Below are positions 22,701 to 34,800 of a stretch of DNA of 64,000 bases, piece by piece (position 1 is the first letter of the stretch; every line of letters starts with the position of its first letter). The translations under genes and the position numbers were made by a program. Source of the DNA: Yuukianura sp. NJ FZ-2021 (Eukaryota); NCBI GenBank assembly GCA_046563655.1, contig CM102284.1, forward strand, positions 1 through 64,000, read 5' to 3'. Under the pieces are notes generated by a model. It made no database searches. It saw nothing but the letters and a program-made list of their open reading frames with translations, and was not told where the DNA came from.

Positions 22701-25700
22701 AAGAATGAGCCGACGGAGAAGGAGTTTGAGGACATGACGGAAGAGGCTCGTCTCCGCGTCATCCGAGCCCTCAAGGTCACAAATCACTCTCAATTTAAAA
22801 CATTTCCTCCAATACACAACTTTTCAAAAATTGTGACTCCAATCCAGGTTTCATTTTGGCATCAATTCGAACATGGTAACAACAGTCCACTACTTTGACT
22901 AAATAAATTGGAAGGGTACTTGAAAGTTGTTTTGTAGGAGTGTTGACTGAGGTTGCTGTTCAGCTGCTGGTTGGAGTAGCGGAGACAGTGGAGGACAAGC
23001 CGTTTGGGATGGTGCATGCCAAGGATCTGCGCAAGTTCTGGCAAATCCATGGAATTCAGAAGTTCCTCAAAACAGTTTTTGTGAGAAGACTGACCGTGAC
23101 CAAGGACAGCACTCCTGAACCTACTACCAAGTAATAAAATTAAAAAAGAAATTAAATAGTAAATGATAATAAAGTTGAATTGTGGGACTTTTTGGACAGA
23201 TGTCTCCGTCCGTTTTGGCGACTGGTGGATAAGGCGTGGTTCAACTGGGCCATGATGATCCTAAATGTGCTCAACATGGTTCCAGTCATCATGGAGTTGT
23301 ACATGAGCAGAGAGAGGGAACTGCCACAGGAGGAGCAGGATGTCTTCTTCTACATCAACGTTGCCTTCACAGCCATCTACCTCTTGGAATTCATTCTCAA
23401 AGTAACCACAAACTACCTAATTCCTTCCTTTTTCCTAACTCTTTTCCAAAATGTGTTCAGGTCCTGGGCTACCGCCACCACTACTTCAAGAGTGTGTGGA
23501 ACTACATCGACCTCTTTGTTTTGATCGTGAGTGGAGCTGAAATTGGGATTCGAGTTGGGAATCAACGCAACAAGCAGGATGTGACTCTACGACGCATTTT
23601 CACTGGACTACGCTTGGCTCGTCTCCTCCGACTCCTCCGCATTCCACGAGTACACTCAACAAATGTTAGGATTTGGTCTATTTTGTGATTCATTTGTGGA
23701 ATTTGAATGTTTCCAGTACATCATTCCCGCTTTTCGCCACTACATTCTAGTCCAGATCAACAACCAGCTCTTCCTGGGATACGACATTGGACTCGTAAGC
23801 ATTACAATCTTTGCCAACTTTTCACAAAGCTCAACTTTTTAAACTTTTACTTAAATTGGCGTCGTATTCTCAGGGATTCATCAACGCTGTAATGGACGTT
23901 CTCAAGTTTTTGCCTCAAATGGTACCAACAAACACAACAAGTTTGGATTTTAAAGTAGACTTTTCATCTATTCTGGACAATTGTAGGTTGACCATCCTAA
24001 AATCCTGGACAAACTGCGCCAGAGTCTGGAGAAGGAGCGTTTAAACACAGTTCGTGAAATGGGTAAACAAACAAAGTCATTCCGCACAATCAAACCACTC
24101 AATGAACTTTGTTGTTTTCAGGATTGCTGCAGAAGGACCATCCTGGAATCGTGATTGCTGTCAAGACAAGACATGCGAGTCGAGCGATTTTAAACCAAAT
24201 GAGACAAGCTCTGCTGGAACTCAAAGAAGACGGTCAGTTCACCTTTTGACGTTCACCTCTGGCGGGAAATTTTAACTTTTGGCATTCTCTTAGGTCTGGT
24301 GGATGAAAAGGAAAATGAACTTTTGAACATCATGATTGAGGAGAACATGAAGCGACTTTGGAATTCCCCAGCCAGCATTTCTCCTTCCGATCCAGTCCTA
24401 CTCCTCGGTAACCAAAACACATCACAAATATTCCTACTTTCAACTTTACAAAACTAATCAATCTTATATTTTAATTTTTTAGAAAACGTTGCATGGATCA
24501 TTGGGGACGGGGCGTTGCTCAAGTTCATGAGAGTAAGCGAAACCAAATCCCCAAATTCTTCCTAACTTTACGGAGTCACCCAACTTTTTTGACCAACTTT
24601 GTTTTCCTTGTGTTTAGGAAAATGCACTTTTGCGGAACTACAACTATGGGGAACGGATTGCAGAAATTGGAGACGCTCCGGACGGAATCCACGTCGTCGT
24701 TTCTGGAATGATCAAAATCCACTTTATCCCACAACCGCAATTGATCGCTGTTAGACACTCGCTTACACATTCTAAAAAACGTTTTTAGTCAAGTGGTGTT
24801 AAGTTCATGGTTTTGTGTTTTAGACGATGAAGGAGACAGGGAGACTTCCGAACGTGGAGATTTTCTCAGACATGACGTTTGAGTGTGAGATGAACGATTT
24901 CCTGACGACAGGAGCAGTGCTGGGGGAAGTGGGTGTGTTGACGGGAGTGGCCAAAGCCTACTCTGCCACTTGCGAAACCTCTGTCCTCGCATACTTCATC
25001 TCCCTGGACGTCATCGCAAAAGCAATGTCCACCTTCGACCAACCAGTCTCTTCACTCCAGGCAAGAATGTGGAGAGCCATCGGACTCAAGATCGGCAGAC
25101 ACCTTCTCCCAGTCCACCCATTCCACCAAGTAAACAACTCACAAACTCATCAAACCTTTAAATTTTTTAACTTTTAAATTTTGAATCTAGGCTTGGCATC
25201 TGGACAAGATCAGAACTCATCTGGAAAAGTCGACTGTTGCCCTGGGTGATGCTTATGCAGAAATGAAGATCCCCAGTTACATTGCAGAGGTGATTGTGCT
25301 CCAAGGGAAAGTCAAAAACTTCCACACGAACGAAGTCTTCACTGCACCTCGTCTCCTCCCCCGCAGTTGCATCCAAATCATCAAAGTATTTACAAAAACA
25401 TTCTCCTACTTCTGCTCTTTTGTGAATTTGTAATTTTGGAATTGGTTTTGGAGGTTGAGAATTCAGTGGATCCGGTCCTCATGTTTGTAGCGGTGGATGA
25501 GTTGAATGAGGAGACTGAAATTGCAGATTCACAGACTTCCATCTACAATCGAATCATGTTTGAAACGACGGCTACCAACGGAACAACCAAGGTTACAAAT
25601 TCAACTTCCACTCAATTGGAACTTTTTGTAACTGAGTTTTGAACAGGTCGCCAGCACGAGTGGAGACAAGAGGAAACCGCCTGTCCTCAACTTCGCTGTC

Positions 25701-25889
25701 CGTAAGTTATTCACCTTTTTCACAAATTGAAAATCTAGACACATACAAAGCATGTTTTAAAATGCTAAACAAATTGTGCTCAATTGGACAGGAAAGAAAA
25801 GCCAGCGTCGACTTTTGAACTCTGCCAGCAGTCGAGCTGTCAACATCCAGAAAACGTTTCTGCGTCGAACAATTTCCTCTCACGACTGA
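19750..25889 (+). CDS. SLC9C1: SLC9C-family (sperm-type, sNHE) Na+/H+ exchanger with voltage-sensing domain and cyclic-nucleotide-binding domain; ~35 coding exons
   Basis: Spliced translation gives CPA1 motifs FLPILIFESAF, ATDPVAVV, IEGESLLNDGVAI and WGGLRGAVGL; HDRFLADANW; a voltage-sensing domain with S4 LRLARLLRLLRIPR; and CNBD GEVGVLTG...ATCET. Confidence 0.93.
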
Positions 25890-26333
25890 ATCTCACAACC
25901 ACACTTCAAACTTCAACTCAACTTTATACGCAAACCACCGACTAAATATTTTATTACACCATAAACCAACTCTAAATCTATGCACAATCATCTACAACAA
26001 AGTATATGTAACTTACTTGTCCCGGTATGAATTTCAATTTTTCATAATTTTTATTCACCACTTTCAAAAATACATTTTATTTAGTTGTAATTAGGAAACA
26101 GTAGTTGCGAGGTGTTAGAGTTCACGTCAGGAAACACTAACATTCATCTATTCCAAAATCATGAAAATCATAGGAAGTTCCAAAAATGAGGGACCATTAT
26201 GATTAGGAAAATGGAACTTGTGATTAAAAATAGTGGGATGAGTAAACTTTATTGTGAAATCAAAGTAGTTGACACGTTGAACGTTGCACTTACCCCTCTG
26301 CTCACTCTTGCTTTTGAAGTGCGTTGTCCTTGG

Positions 26334-29300
26334 TTAGTTTGCGTTGTGAATGATGGACTCCCATTGGGTGATGAGGTTGGATCGCTTCCTCTCCCGCGGA
26401 GTAAACGTTTCCCTGGACACGGGACTCACTGGACTGTGTTCGTCCAAGTTCATTGGTTGGAGAGTCAAGTCCAGACTGAGGTTGGGTGTGGATTTGAAAG
26501 TGCGACTTCTGACGAGAGCCAACTCCTTCTCTCTTTCCTGCATCTCTCGCAACTCGTTCTGGATTTTGTGTGTGGCTGGAACGAGTTTCCGTCGAGGTGG
26601 CTCTTCAACTGATCCTGGTTCCTCTTTCTGCGGAGGGTGCTGGACAGTGGGCGGAGGAACCTGGAAGTTTTTGGCAATTCTGAGTTGAACGCTGGACTTG
26701 AGGAGAAAGCGCTGCATGGAGTTGAACCCCGCTTTAGTGAAGGAGGGACTTTTTAAATTTCCAAATGCAGTGGGGGAAGAGGGCTCGAAAGTGGAGTTGA
26801 TGGGAGACAGAGTCCGTGGACGATCAACATTTGTCACTTCCTTCACAGTACTTGGTTGGCCTTTCACTTTCATTGTGGGTTCCTTCACTTTTCCAACTGG
26901 AGAACAAGGCTTCGGACTCCACTGCTCAATTTCTACTTTCCGCACTACAACTTTTTCAACTGGCCCTTCATCCAAGTCCTTTACCTAAATTCAGTTGACA
27001 AAAAGATAATTTTTAAACTTTGAGTTTTTGTTGTAATTTGTGAAAGTTGTACCGTGGCTAGCGTTGACATGGACACTGTTCGGTGGACCTTGTGCAGCTC
27101 CTCTTCTCTGCGCTGTGCTTCGACCATTTCCTTGCGCAGTCGCTCTGTCGCCATTTGATACTGCATCTTCCTCACACTGCTCCCCTTTGGTCCACCTTCA
27201 AATCCCTTCTCCTCCACTCCTGTCTTTACTGATTTAGCAACTTTCATATCCGCTGCCGCAGTTGGGACTTTGGGAGTAACTGGGTCCACCATGGAACTCA
27301 GTCTACGCTGACGATGCTCCTCCTCTCCTAAAAACCACAAACAACAACTTTTAAAAAACACCAACTTTCCATTCTCCATAAATTCCATCTTTTTTGTACT
27401 CACGTTCACTGGCCAAGCGAATCTCCTTTTCGATCGGAGTTTCCTTCCTGGAAAACCAAGTTCCTTTTTTAAAGTTTTTGTTTAGTGCTTTCATTTTTTT
27501 AAAAGTGTTTTCCATACTCAAATCTGAAAACCTTGGGCGAATCTTCGTCTACTGCTCCGTTTGCGTTGAAAGGTGGGGAAGGTGGACGAGTGGCATGTTG
27601 AGTGCCAGTGTCTTTTCTTTCGTTGACTTCCGCTGGACGTGGACTTGGACTTGACGCTTTGTGCACAATGACAGCAGTTCCCTTGACTGCGACGACATTG
27701 TTTTGTTTCGTGTCTCCACTTTCTGTGCAAACTCCCACTTCGTCTTCACCAACATTTGAGTAGAAGCCAGACTCCAGGCGAGGGCTCTCGGAGTGCTCAA
27801 AGTCATCCACACTGGACGCAGTGGACGAAAAGACGTCGTCATCCTCCTCATGAGGTCCCATCACTCCACCTTTACTCAACTCACGCTCTCTTCTGCTCAA
27901 CTCCTCAATCTCCATATTGATCTTCTGCATAACCGGCGAAGTGGACGAACAAGTCCTGGAACTTCTCTGGAAAAACACAAACCAAAGGAAATTAATTCAC
28001 TCATTGGCATTCGGCAGCTGTTCGGCACAATATGCCATTGTAGTCAAAGTTTAAAAACTCATTCCATCCATCTCCCTTATCACCAAACCAAGGATTTAGT
28101 TGTCAGTTTAGTCAAGGTCACAAGGAGTGCACAACAGGTTCACTTCAACCAAGTGGGTGGAACCAATTCCAGGAAAACACTTTTTAGTATTCTCTGGAAC
28201 CACCTTGAATTGGAAATGAACTCAATTTACAATTCAGTTTCCGTGTTTATGCGGACAGACGCCGCATGTCCACGCATATTCATACAAATTAACTCACTTC
28301 AACTAAAAATACTTTTAAAGTATTCCATTTCTCGTGACGATTCTTTTTCTTAAAAGTCTCAATTTGTTTTGTAATTTGAGTGGTGGGGAAATGGACTAAT
28401 TTTCCTAACTACTGACCTTATTGTTTCCTGAGTGGAGTCTGTCTCTCTCCAACTGATCATGGCGCATGAGTGACTCCCAGTACAGCTTCGTCCTCTCCTT
28501 GTTGTCGCCCAAGATGCTGTCATCCACTATTTGACCTGTGACCAAACAGGAAATTAGCAATTTGACCTCTGACCTCAACAAAACAACTCAATTCACCACT
28601 TCCCGTTCCATCTCAGACTTCAATTATCCCAACCCTTCACACGAAACCATCCACATCCACCCTTAGTTACTCCCTCCGTTACTCAATTCCAACAAAATAT
28701 TGCAGAAACAGTTTTTGAAATCCAAAGTACCTGGCATGGTGACTCCAAAGATTCGGAAGTTGCAAAATGGCCACTTCTCACACGTCCGCCCTACTACTCC
28801 ACTCCCATCAAATTCATCCCGAGTTAAAACATTTTGGGAAAATGGGCAGAATCTAATCTTGATTTCATTTCATGGACGCATGTCCACGTAATGCAGTCAC
28901 ACTGATACCCTAATCTAAGGATTCAACAAATCAAGGTTCCGCTTCTTTCGCTCTCAAAATCCACTTTTTTGGCCAACCATCACAAGCTACACGCTGACTC
29001 AGCCTCTCATTATGCTTGTGAATTTTGAGAAATTCCGAAAAAGTGTGAAAAAAGAAACTGAGAGAGACAAAAGTATGGGAGACAAAGCTGAGTGTTGAGC
29101 ACTCAAGTGGTCACTGACTCTTATTTTTGGACTGAATAGCGTAGATTGTTGGGAAAATGAGTTGCGAAAAGTGTTGGAATCCCCTCAATACTGCACCACT
29201 CTCCTCACACTTCACAGAGACTGACTCTCTTCTTTGCGCATGACTCCTCATTCTCTCCAAATCGTTTCCTTGGATTCAAAAGTGCCGTTAAGAAGTTGAG

Positions 29301-29892
29301 CTCCTTAGGAATTTAGGAGATCACTTCCCATCCTCTTCCTGCCCCAAAGTGAGTGTCAAAGTGACACTTCGGATTCAGTTCGTGGGACACTTCTTTGTCA
29401 GACTGACCCACTAAAAACCACAACCAACTTTGTGTACAAAAATGTCAACAAAGTTGGTGGAAACAAAGGAGAAGAACCTGGACGCTTTTCTCTTTTTTTG
29501 TCAAGTTGAACAATGTGTAACGGTCCTTGAATCTTACCGTCGACCCAAGTCTGAGCGTACTTGGCTCTGACGCGCTGAGCTGCGACCAGTCTGCGCCTCT
29601 CCTGCTCCACTTCCTCCAAATTCATCCAATCCCCATCTGATGACCCACTTGACCTCTGCCCATTGTTCTTCTCTTCCCAAGTCACACTCTTCTGTCCATC
29701 CACTGAATCCGCCTCACCTTTGACCTCTGCGTCCATTCCACCCATGCTTCTGCTCTTGCGCAGCAGGGTGGGGCAGGGGAACTTCACACAAGTCAGAATG
29801 TTCCTAGGAACTTCATCTTTTTTCACATCCTCCGAAATGGTGGGGCTGTCGGCGGTGAGGGAACAAGCCGAAATCATCCGAGGGTACGCCAC
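26334..29892 (-). CDS. MISP / PALM2-AKAP2-like protein (AKAP2_C-type C-terminus); multi-exon, 5' end uncertain with possible upstream exons to ~31330
   Basis: Microexon KETPIEKEIRLASER (~27409-27450); repeated KI.xE..E..xRE.EL helices (QKINMEIEELSRREREL, ERLRKEMVEAQRREEEL, KIQNELREMQEREKEL); terminal RKRSNLITQWESII. Confidence 0.7.
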
Positions 29893-31810
29893 CTACACAA
29901 TCCAAAAACAACATTTTACTTTTTACAAAATACAAAACCTTTTAAAAATCCACAACTAAATGAGAAACTGTGCCAATGTGGACTTTTTTTCTTCATGTAC
30001 CAATTTCACTTTCGTTGACGAGTGCCAAGGGCTGGTCAAGCGTGTCTCACAGCAAACATAATCTTTAACATTTAACACAAAAAAAAAAGTTGACCATCAT
30101 CACCTTGAGGTTTGCCAAACGAAAGTGAAATCCAACTTCTTCTTTAGTTTGCAACCTTCTCAGAGAAAATGCCAAGTTGAAGTCAATCTAAGGAACAATG
30201 TAAAAATTAACCTTGAGAAATTTCAATTCCAATTTGACAATTTCATTTGTTTTGCCAAAGTAAAAAAAAAAAGTTAAAGTCGTTGTGCCACTTTTTTCAA
30301 AAATGTTTTCCAAAAAGTTTGCGCATTCAGTGGAATTTGGGAGACAATTTGAGTTAATTGACAAGGGAGTAATCGTTCATAATTGTTATGCTGAGTAGTC
30401 TAATGACACTCAATTCTCATTTCCAACCTAAAACTTACAATTACTAACATTTAAAAAACAGCATTTTCAAAATCATTTTTCCACAACGGTAATGGGGTCA
30501 AAAGTTAAAAAAAAACACATTGGGCTTAGATGTGTTTGAAGTTTGTTTTTGTTGCCTAATTGTTCACATCTTTTGTGGATGTTTGGAAGATGGTTATCCC
30601 ACGGTTGGGATTGGGAAGAAGAGCGGCTAATGAACTCTGTTTCTCCTTTTCTCCTTGGAGATGAGAGTGGGAGATCAAATTGCACAATCGCGAGAGTAAT
30701 CTCCGAACATTCTTCAATTTGACAGAATCCACCAACTCTTGAGGAAAGTTGATCCATTCTGTCTACTTTTTAGTCCGATTTCAAGAGATGCTGGAATGAG
30801 TGAACAATCATATCATTTCCGCCTCTTTAGTCTCAAGTACCGCCCAGTCCACCTTCTGCAACGACACATCACAAATTCCGCAGAATGACATTCGGATTTT
30901 TAAAAAGTTCGGTGCTCCTGTTCTTCACTCTCCAAAAATATGGAAGAACGTTTAAAGAAGTGTGCTTTGGGAGATTCTTTTAGAAAAAGTAGTGAATTAA
31001 GAGTGTGATGTGAAGTTACCTTTTGGAGCTTCTTTTCTTTGATGCTGAGGCGAGAAATGAGTTTGCGGAATTTGAATTTCGTGTCCGCCTCTCTCTTTTC
31101 CAGCACGTTGTCATCTTCGTTTAGGAGCATTCCGAGATTGATTACACAGAGCACAGTTTGATCCTTTCAGTTGGAAGACTGCAATTGTAGTGAAATTTAG
31201 GAGAGAGACTGCAGGGAGTCAGAGCACACATTCACCTGTCCACTTCGTATCTCGCAACAAGGAGTCACAGACACATCTCAAAGTGTCTCTCCTGACCTCC
31301 ATCCAAGTCCTGTCAACAAAAAATTAATGGGCTCCAAGTGACAAAGTGCAAAGTTAGAGGAACTTGAACTCTCACTTTCATTCAGCAGTTGAACAAGCAT
31401 CTGAATCCCCTTGATTTGTAGCATCTCCCACCCGACTGAGAAATCAAGAGATGAGAGATTTATCAGTCGATATCCCACCTCCACTTCCTTCCGTTCTGTA
31501 GAAATTATAATAAAAAATGTGAGAATTCTTTTAAATAAAACCACGGTATGAAGTTTAAACATCCTATGGTCAAGTAAACAAGTAGAAAGTGAAACCTAAT
31601 GATTGTTTAAGTCTTAAGTCTAACCTAACCTTTATCTCGCATCTTTTGAAGCTGATGGAAGATTACAACTGTTAGTGTGGCGAAAGGAAAAAGTGAAACT
31701 GTTGATCGGATTCACATTCACTGTGACCAAAAATAAAGGATTCTCATATAATTAAAAGTTAAGACTAAGCGGTTACATTGCTTTGTCTAAGATTTTTAGT
31801 CTAAAAAAAG

Positions 31811-34800
31811 GGTTTTCTCTTAAGGTGATTACATACTGTGAGAATAAAATTTTTGAAAAAGTTTTTCTCTTAAGGTGGTTACATACTGTGAGAATAAAAT
31901 TTTTGAAAAGGTTTTTCTCTTAAGGTGATTACATACTTTGAGAATTCAATTTTTGAAAAAGTTTTTCTCTTAAGGTGAGTACACACTGTGGGAATTCAAT
32001 TTTTGAAAAAGTTTTTCTCTTAAGGTGATTACACACTGTGGGAATTCAATTTTTGAAAAAGGTTTTCTCTTAAGGTGATTACATACTGTGAGAATTCAAT
32101 TTTTGAAAAAGTTTTTCTCTTAAGGTGATTATATACTGTGAGAATAAAATTTTTGAAAAAGTTTTTCTCTTAAGGTGAGTACACACTGTGGGAATTCAAT
32201 TTTTGAAAAAGTTTTTCTCTTAAGGTGATTACACACTGTGGGAATAAAATTTTTGAAAAAGTTTTCTCTTAAGGTGATTACATACTGTCAGAATTCAATC
32301 TTTGAAAAAGGTTTTCTCCTGACGTGATTACATACTGTGAGAATTCAATTTTTGAAAAAGTTCTTCTCTTAAGGTGATTACATACTATGAGAATTTAATT
32401 TTTGAAAAAGTTTTTCTCTTAAGGTGACTACACACTGTGAGAATTCATATTTTGAAAAAGTTTTTCTCTTAAGGTGAGTACACACTGTGGGAATTCAATT
32501 TTTGAAAAAGTTTTTCTCTTAAGGTGATTACATACTGTGAGAATTCAATTTTTGAAAAAGTTTTTCTCTTAAGGTGATTACATACTATGAGAATTTAATT
32601 TTTGAAAAAGTTTTTCTCTTGAGGTGACTACACACTGTAAGAATTCATATTTTGAAAAAGTTTTTCTCTTAAGGTGATTACATACCGTGAGAATAAAATT
32701 TTTGAAAAAGTTTTTCTCTTAAGGTGATTACACATAGTGAGAATTAAATTTTTGAAAAAGTCTTTCTCTTAAGTTGACTACACTGTGTGAGAATTCAATT
32801 TTTGAAAAAGTTTTTCTCTTAAGGTGATTACATACTGTGAGAATTCAATTTTTGAAAAAGTTTTTCTCTTAAGGTGATTACATACTATGAGAATTCAATT
32901 TTTGAAATAGTTTTTCTCTTAAGGTGACTACACACTGTGAGAATTCAATTTTTGAAAAAGTTTTTCTCTTAAGGTGATTACACATAGTGAGAATTAAATT
33001 TTTGAAAAAGTCTTTCTCTTAAGTTGACTACACCGTGTGAGAATTCAATTTTTGAAAAAGTTTTTCTCTAAAGGTGATTACATACTGTGAGAATTCAATT
33101 TTTGAAAAAGTTTTTCTCTTAAGGTGATTACATACAGTGAGAATTAAATTTTTGAAAAAGTTTTTCTCTTAAGGTGAATACATACAGTGAGAATAATATT
33201 TTTGAAAAACTTTTCTCTTAAGGTGATAACACACTATGGGAATTCAATTTTTGAAAAAGTTTTTCTCTTAAGGTGATTTCATACTGTGAGAATTCAATTT
33301 TTGAAAAAGTTTTTCTCTTAAGGTGATTACATACTATGAGAATTTAATTTTTGAAAAAGTTTTTCTCTTAAGGTGACTACACACTGTGAGAATTCAATTT
33401 TTGAAAAAGTTTTTCTCTTAAGGTGATTACATACTGTGAGAATTCAATTTTTGAAAAAGTTTTTCTCTTAAGGTGATTACATACTATGAGAATTTAATTT
33501 TTGAAAAAGTTTTTCTCTTAAGGTGACTACACACTCTGAGAATTCATATTTTGAAAAAGTTTTTCTCTTAAGGTGATTACAAACTGTGAGAATTCAATTT
33601 TTGAAAAAGTTTTTCTCTTAAGGTGATTACATGCTGTGAGAATTCAGTTTTTGAAAAAGTTTTTCTCTTAAGGTGATTACACACTGTGAGAATTCAATTT
33701 TTTAAAAAGTTTTTCACTTAAGGTGATTACATACAGTGAGAATTAAATTTTTGAAAAAGTTTTTCTCTTAAGGTGATTGCATACAGTGAGAATCAAATTT
33801 GTGAAAAACTTTTCTCTTAAGGTGGTTACATACTGTGGGAATTCAATTTTTGAAAAAATTTTCTCTTACGGTGATTACACACTGTTAGAATAAAATTTTT
33901 GAAAAAGTTGTTCAGTTAAGGTGATTATATACTGTGAGAATAAAATTTTTGAAAAAGTTTTCTCTTAAGGTGATTACATACTGTCAGAATTCAATCTTTG
34001 AAAAAGTTTTTCTCCTGACGTGATTACATACTGTGAGAATTCAATTTTTGAAAAAGTTTTTCTCTTAAGGTGATTACATACTATGAGAATTTAATTTTTG
34101 AAAAAGTTTTTCTCTTAAGGTGACTACACACTGTGAGAATTCAATTTTTGAAAAAGTTTTTCTTTTAAGGTGACTACATACTGTGAGAATAAAATTTTTG
34201 AAAAAGTTTTCTCTTAAGGTGATTACATACTGTCAGAATTCAATCTTTGAAAAAGTTTTTCTCCTGACGTGATTACATACTGTGAGAATTCAATTTTTGA
34301 AAAAGTTTTTCTCTTAAGGTGATTACATACTATGAGAATTTAATTTTTGAAAAAGTTTTTCTCTTAAGGTGACTACACACTGTGAGAATTCATATTTTGA
34401 AAAAGTTTTTCTCTTAAGGTGATTACAAACTGTGAGAATTCAATTTTTGAAAAAGTTTTTCTCTTAAGGTGATTACATGCTGTGAGAATTCAGTTTTTGA
34501 AAAAGTTTTTCTCTTAAGGTGATTACACACTGTGAGAATTCAATTTTTTAAAAAGTTTTTCACTTAAGGTGATTACATACAGTGAGAATTAAATTTTTGA
34601 AAAAGTTTTTCTCTTAAGGTGATTGCATACAGTGAGAATCAAATTTGTGAAAAACTTTTCTCTTAAGGTGGTTACATACTGTGGGAATTCAATTTTTGAA
34701 AAAAATTTTCTCTTACGGTGATTACACACTGTTAGAATAAAATTTTTGAAAAAGTTGTTCAGTTAAGGTGATTATATACTGTGAGAATAAAATTTTTGAA

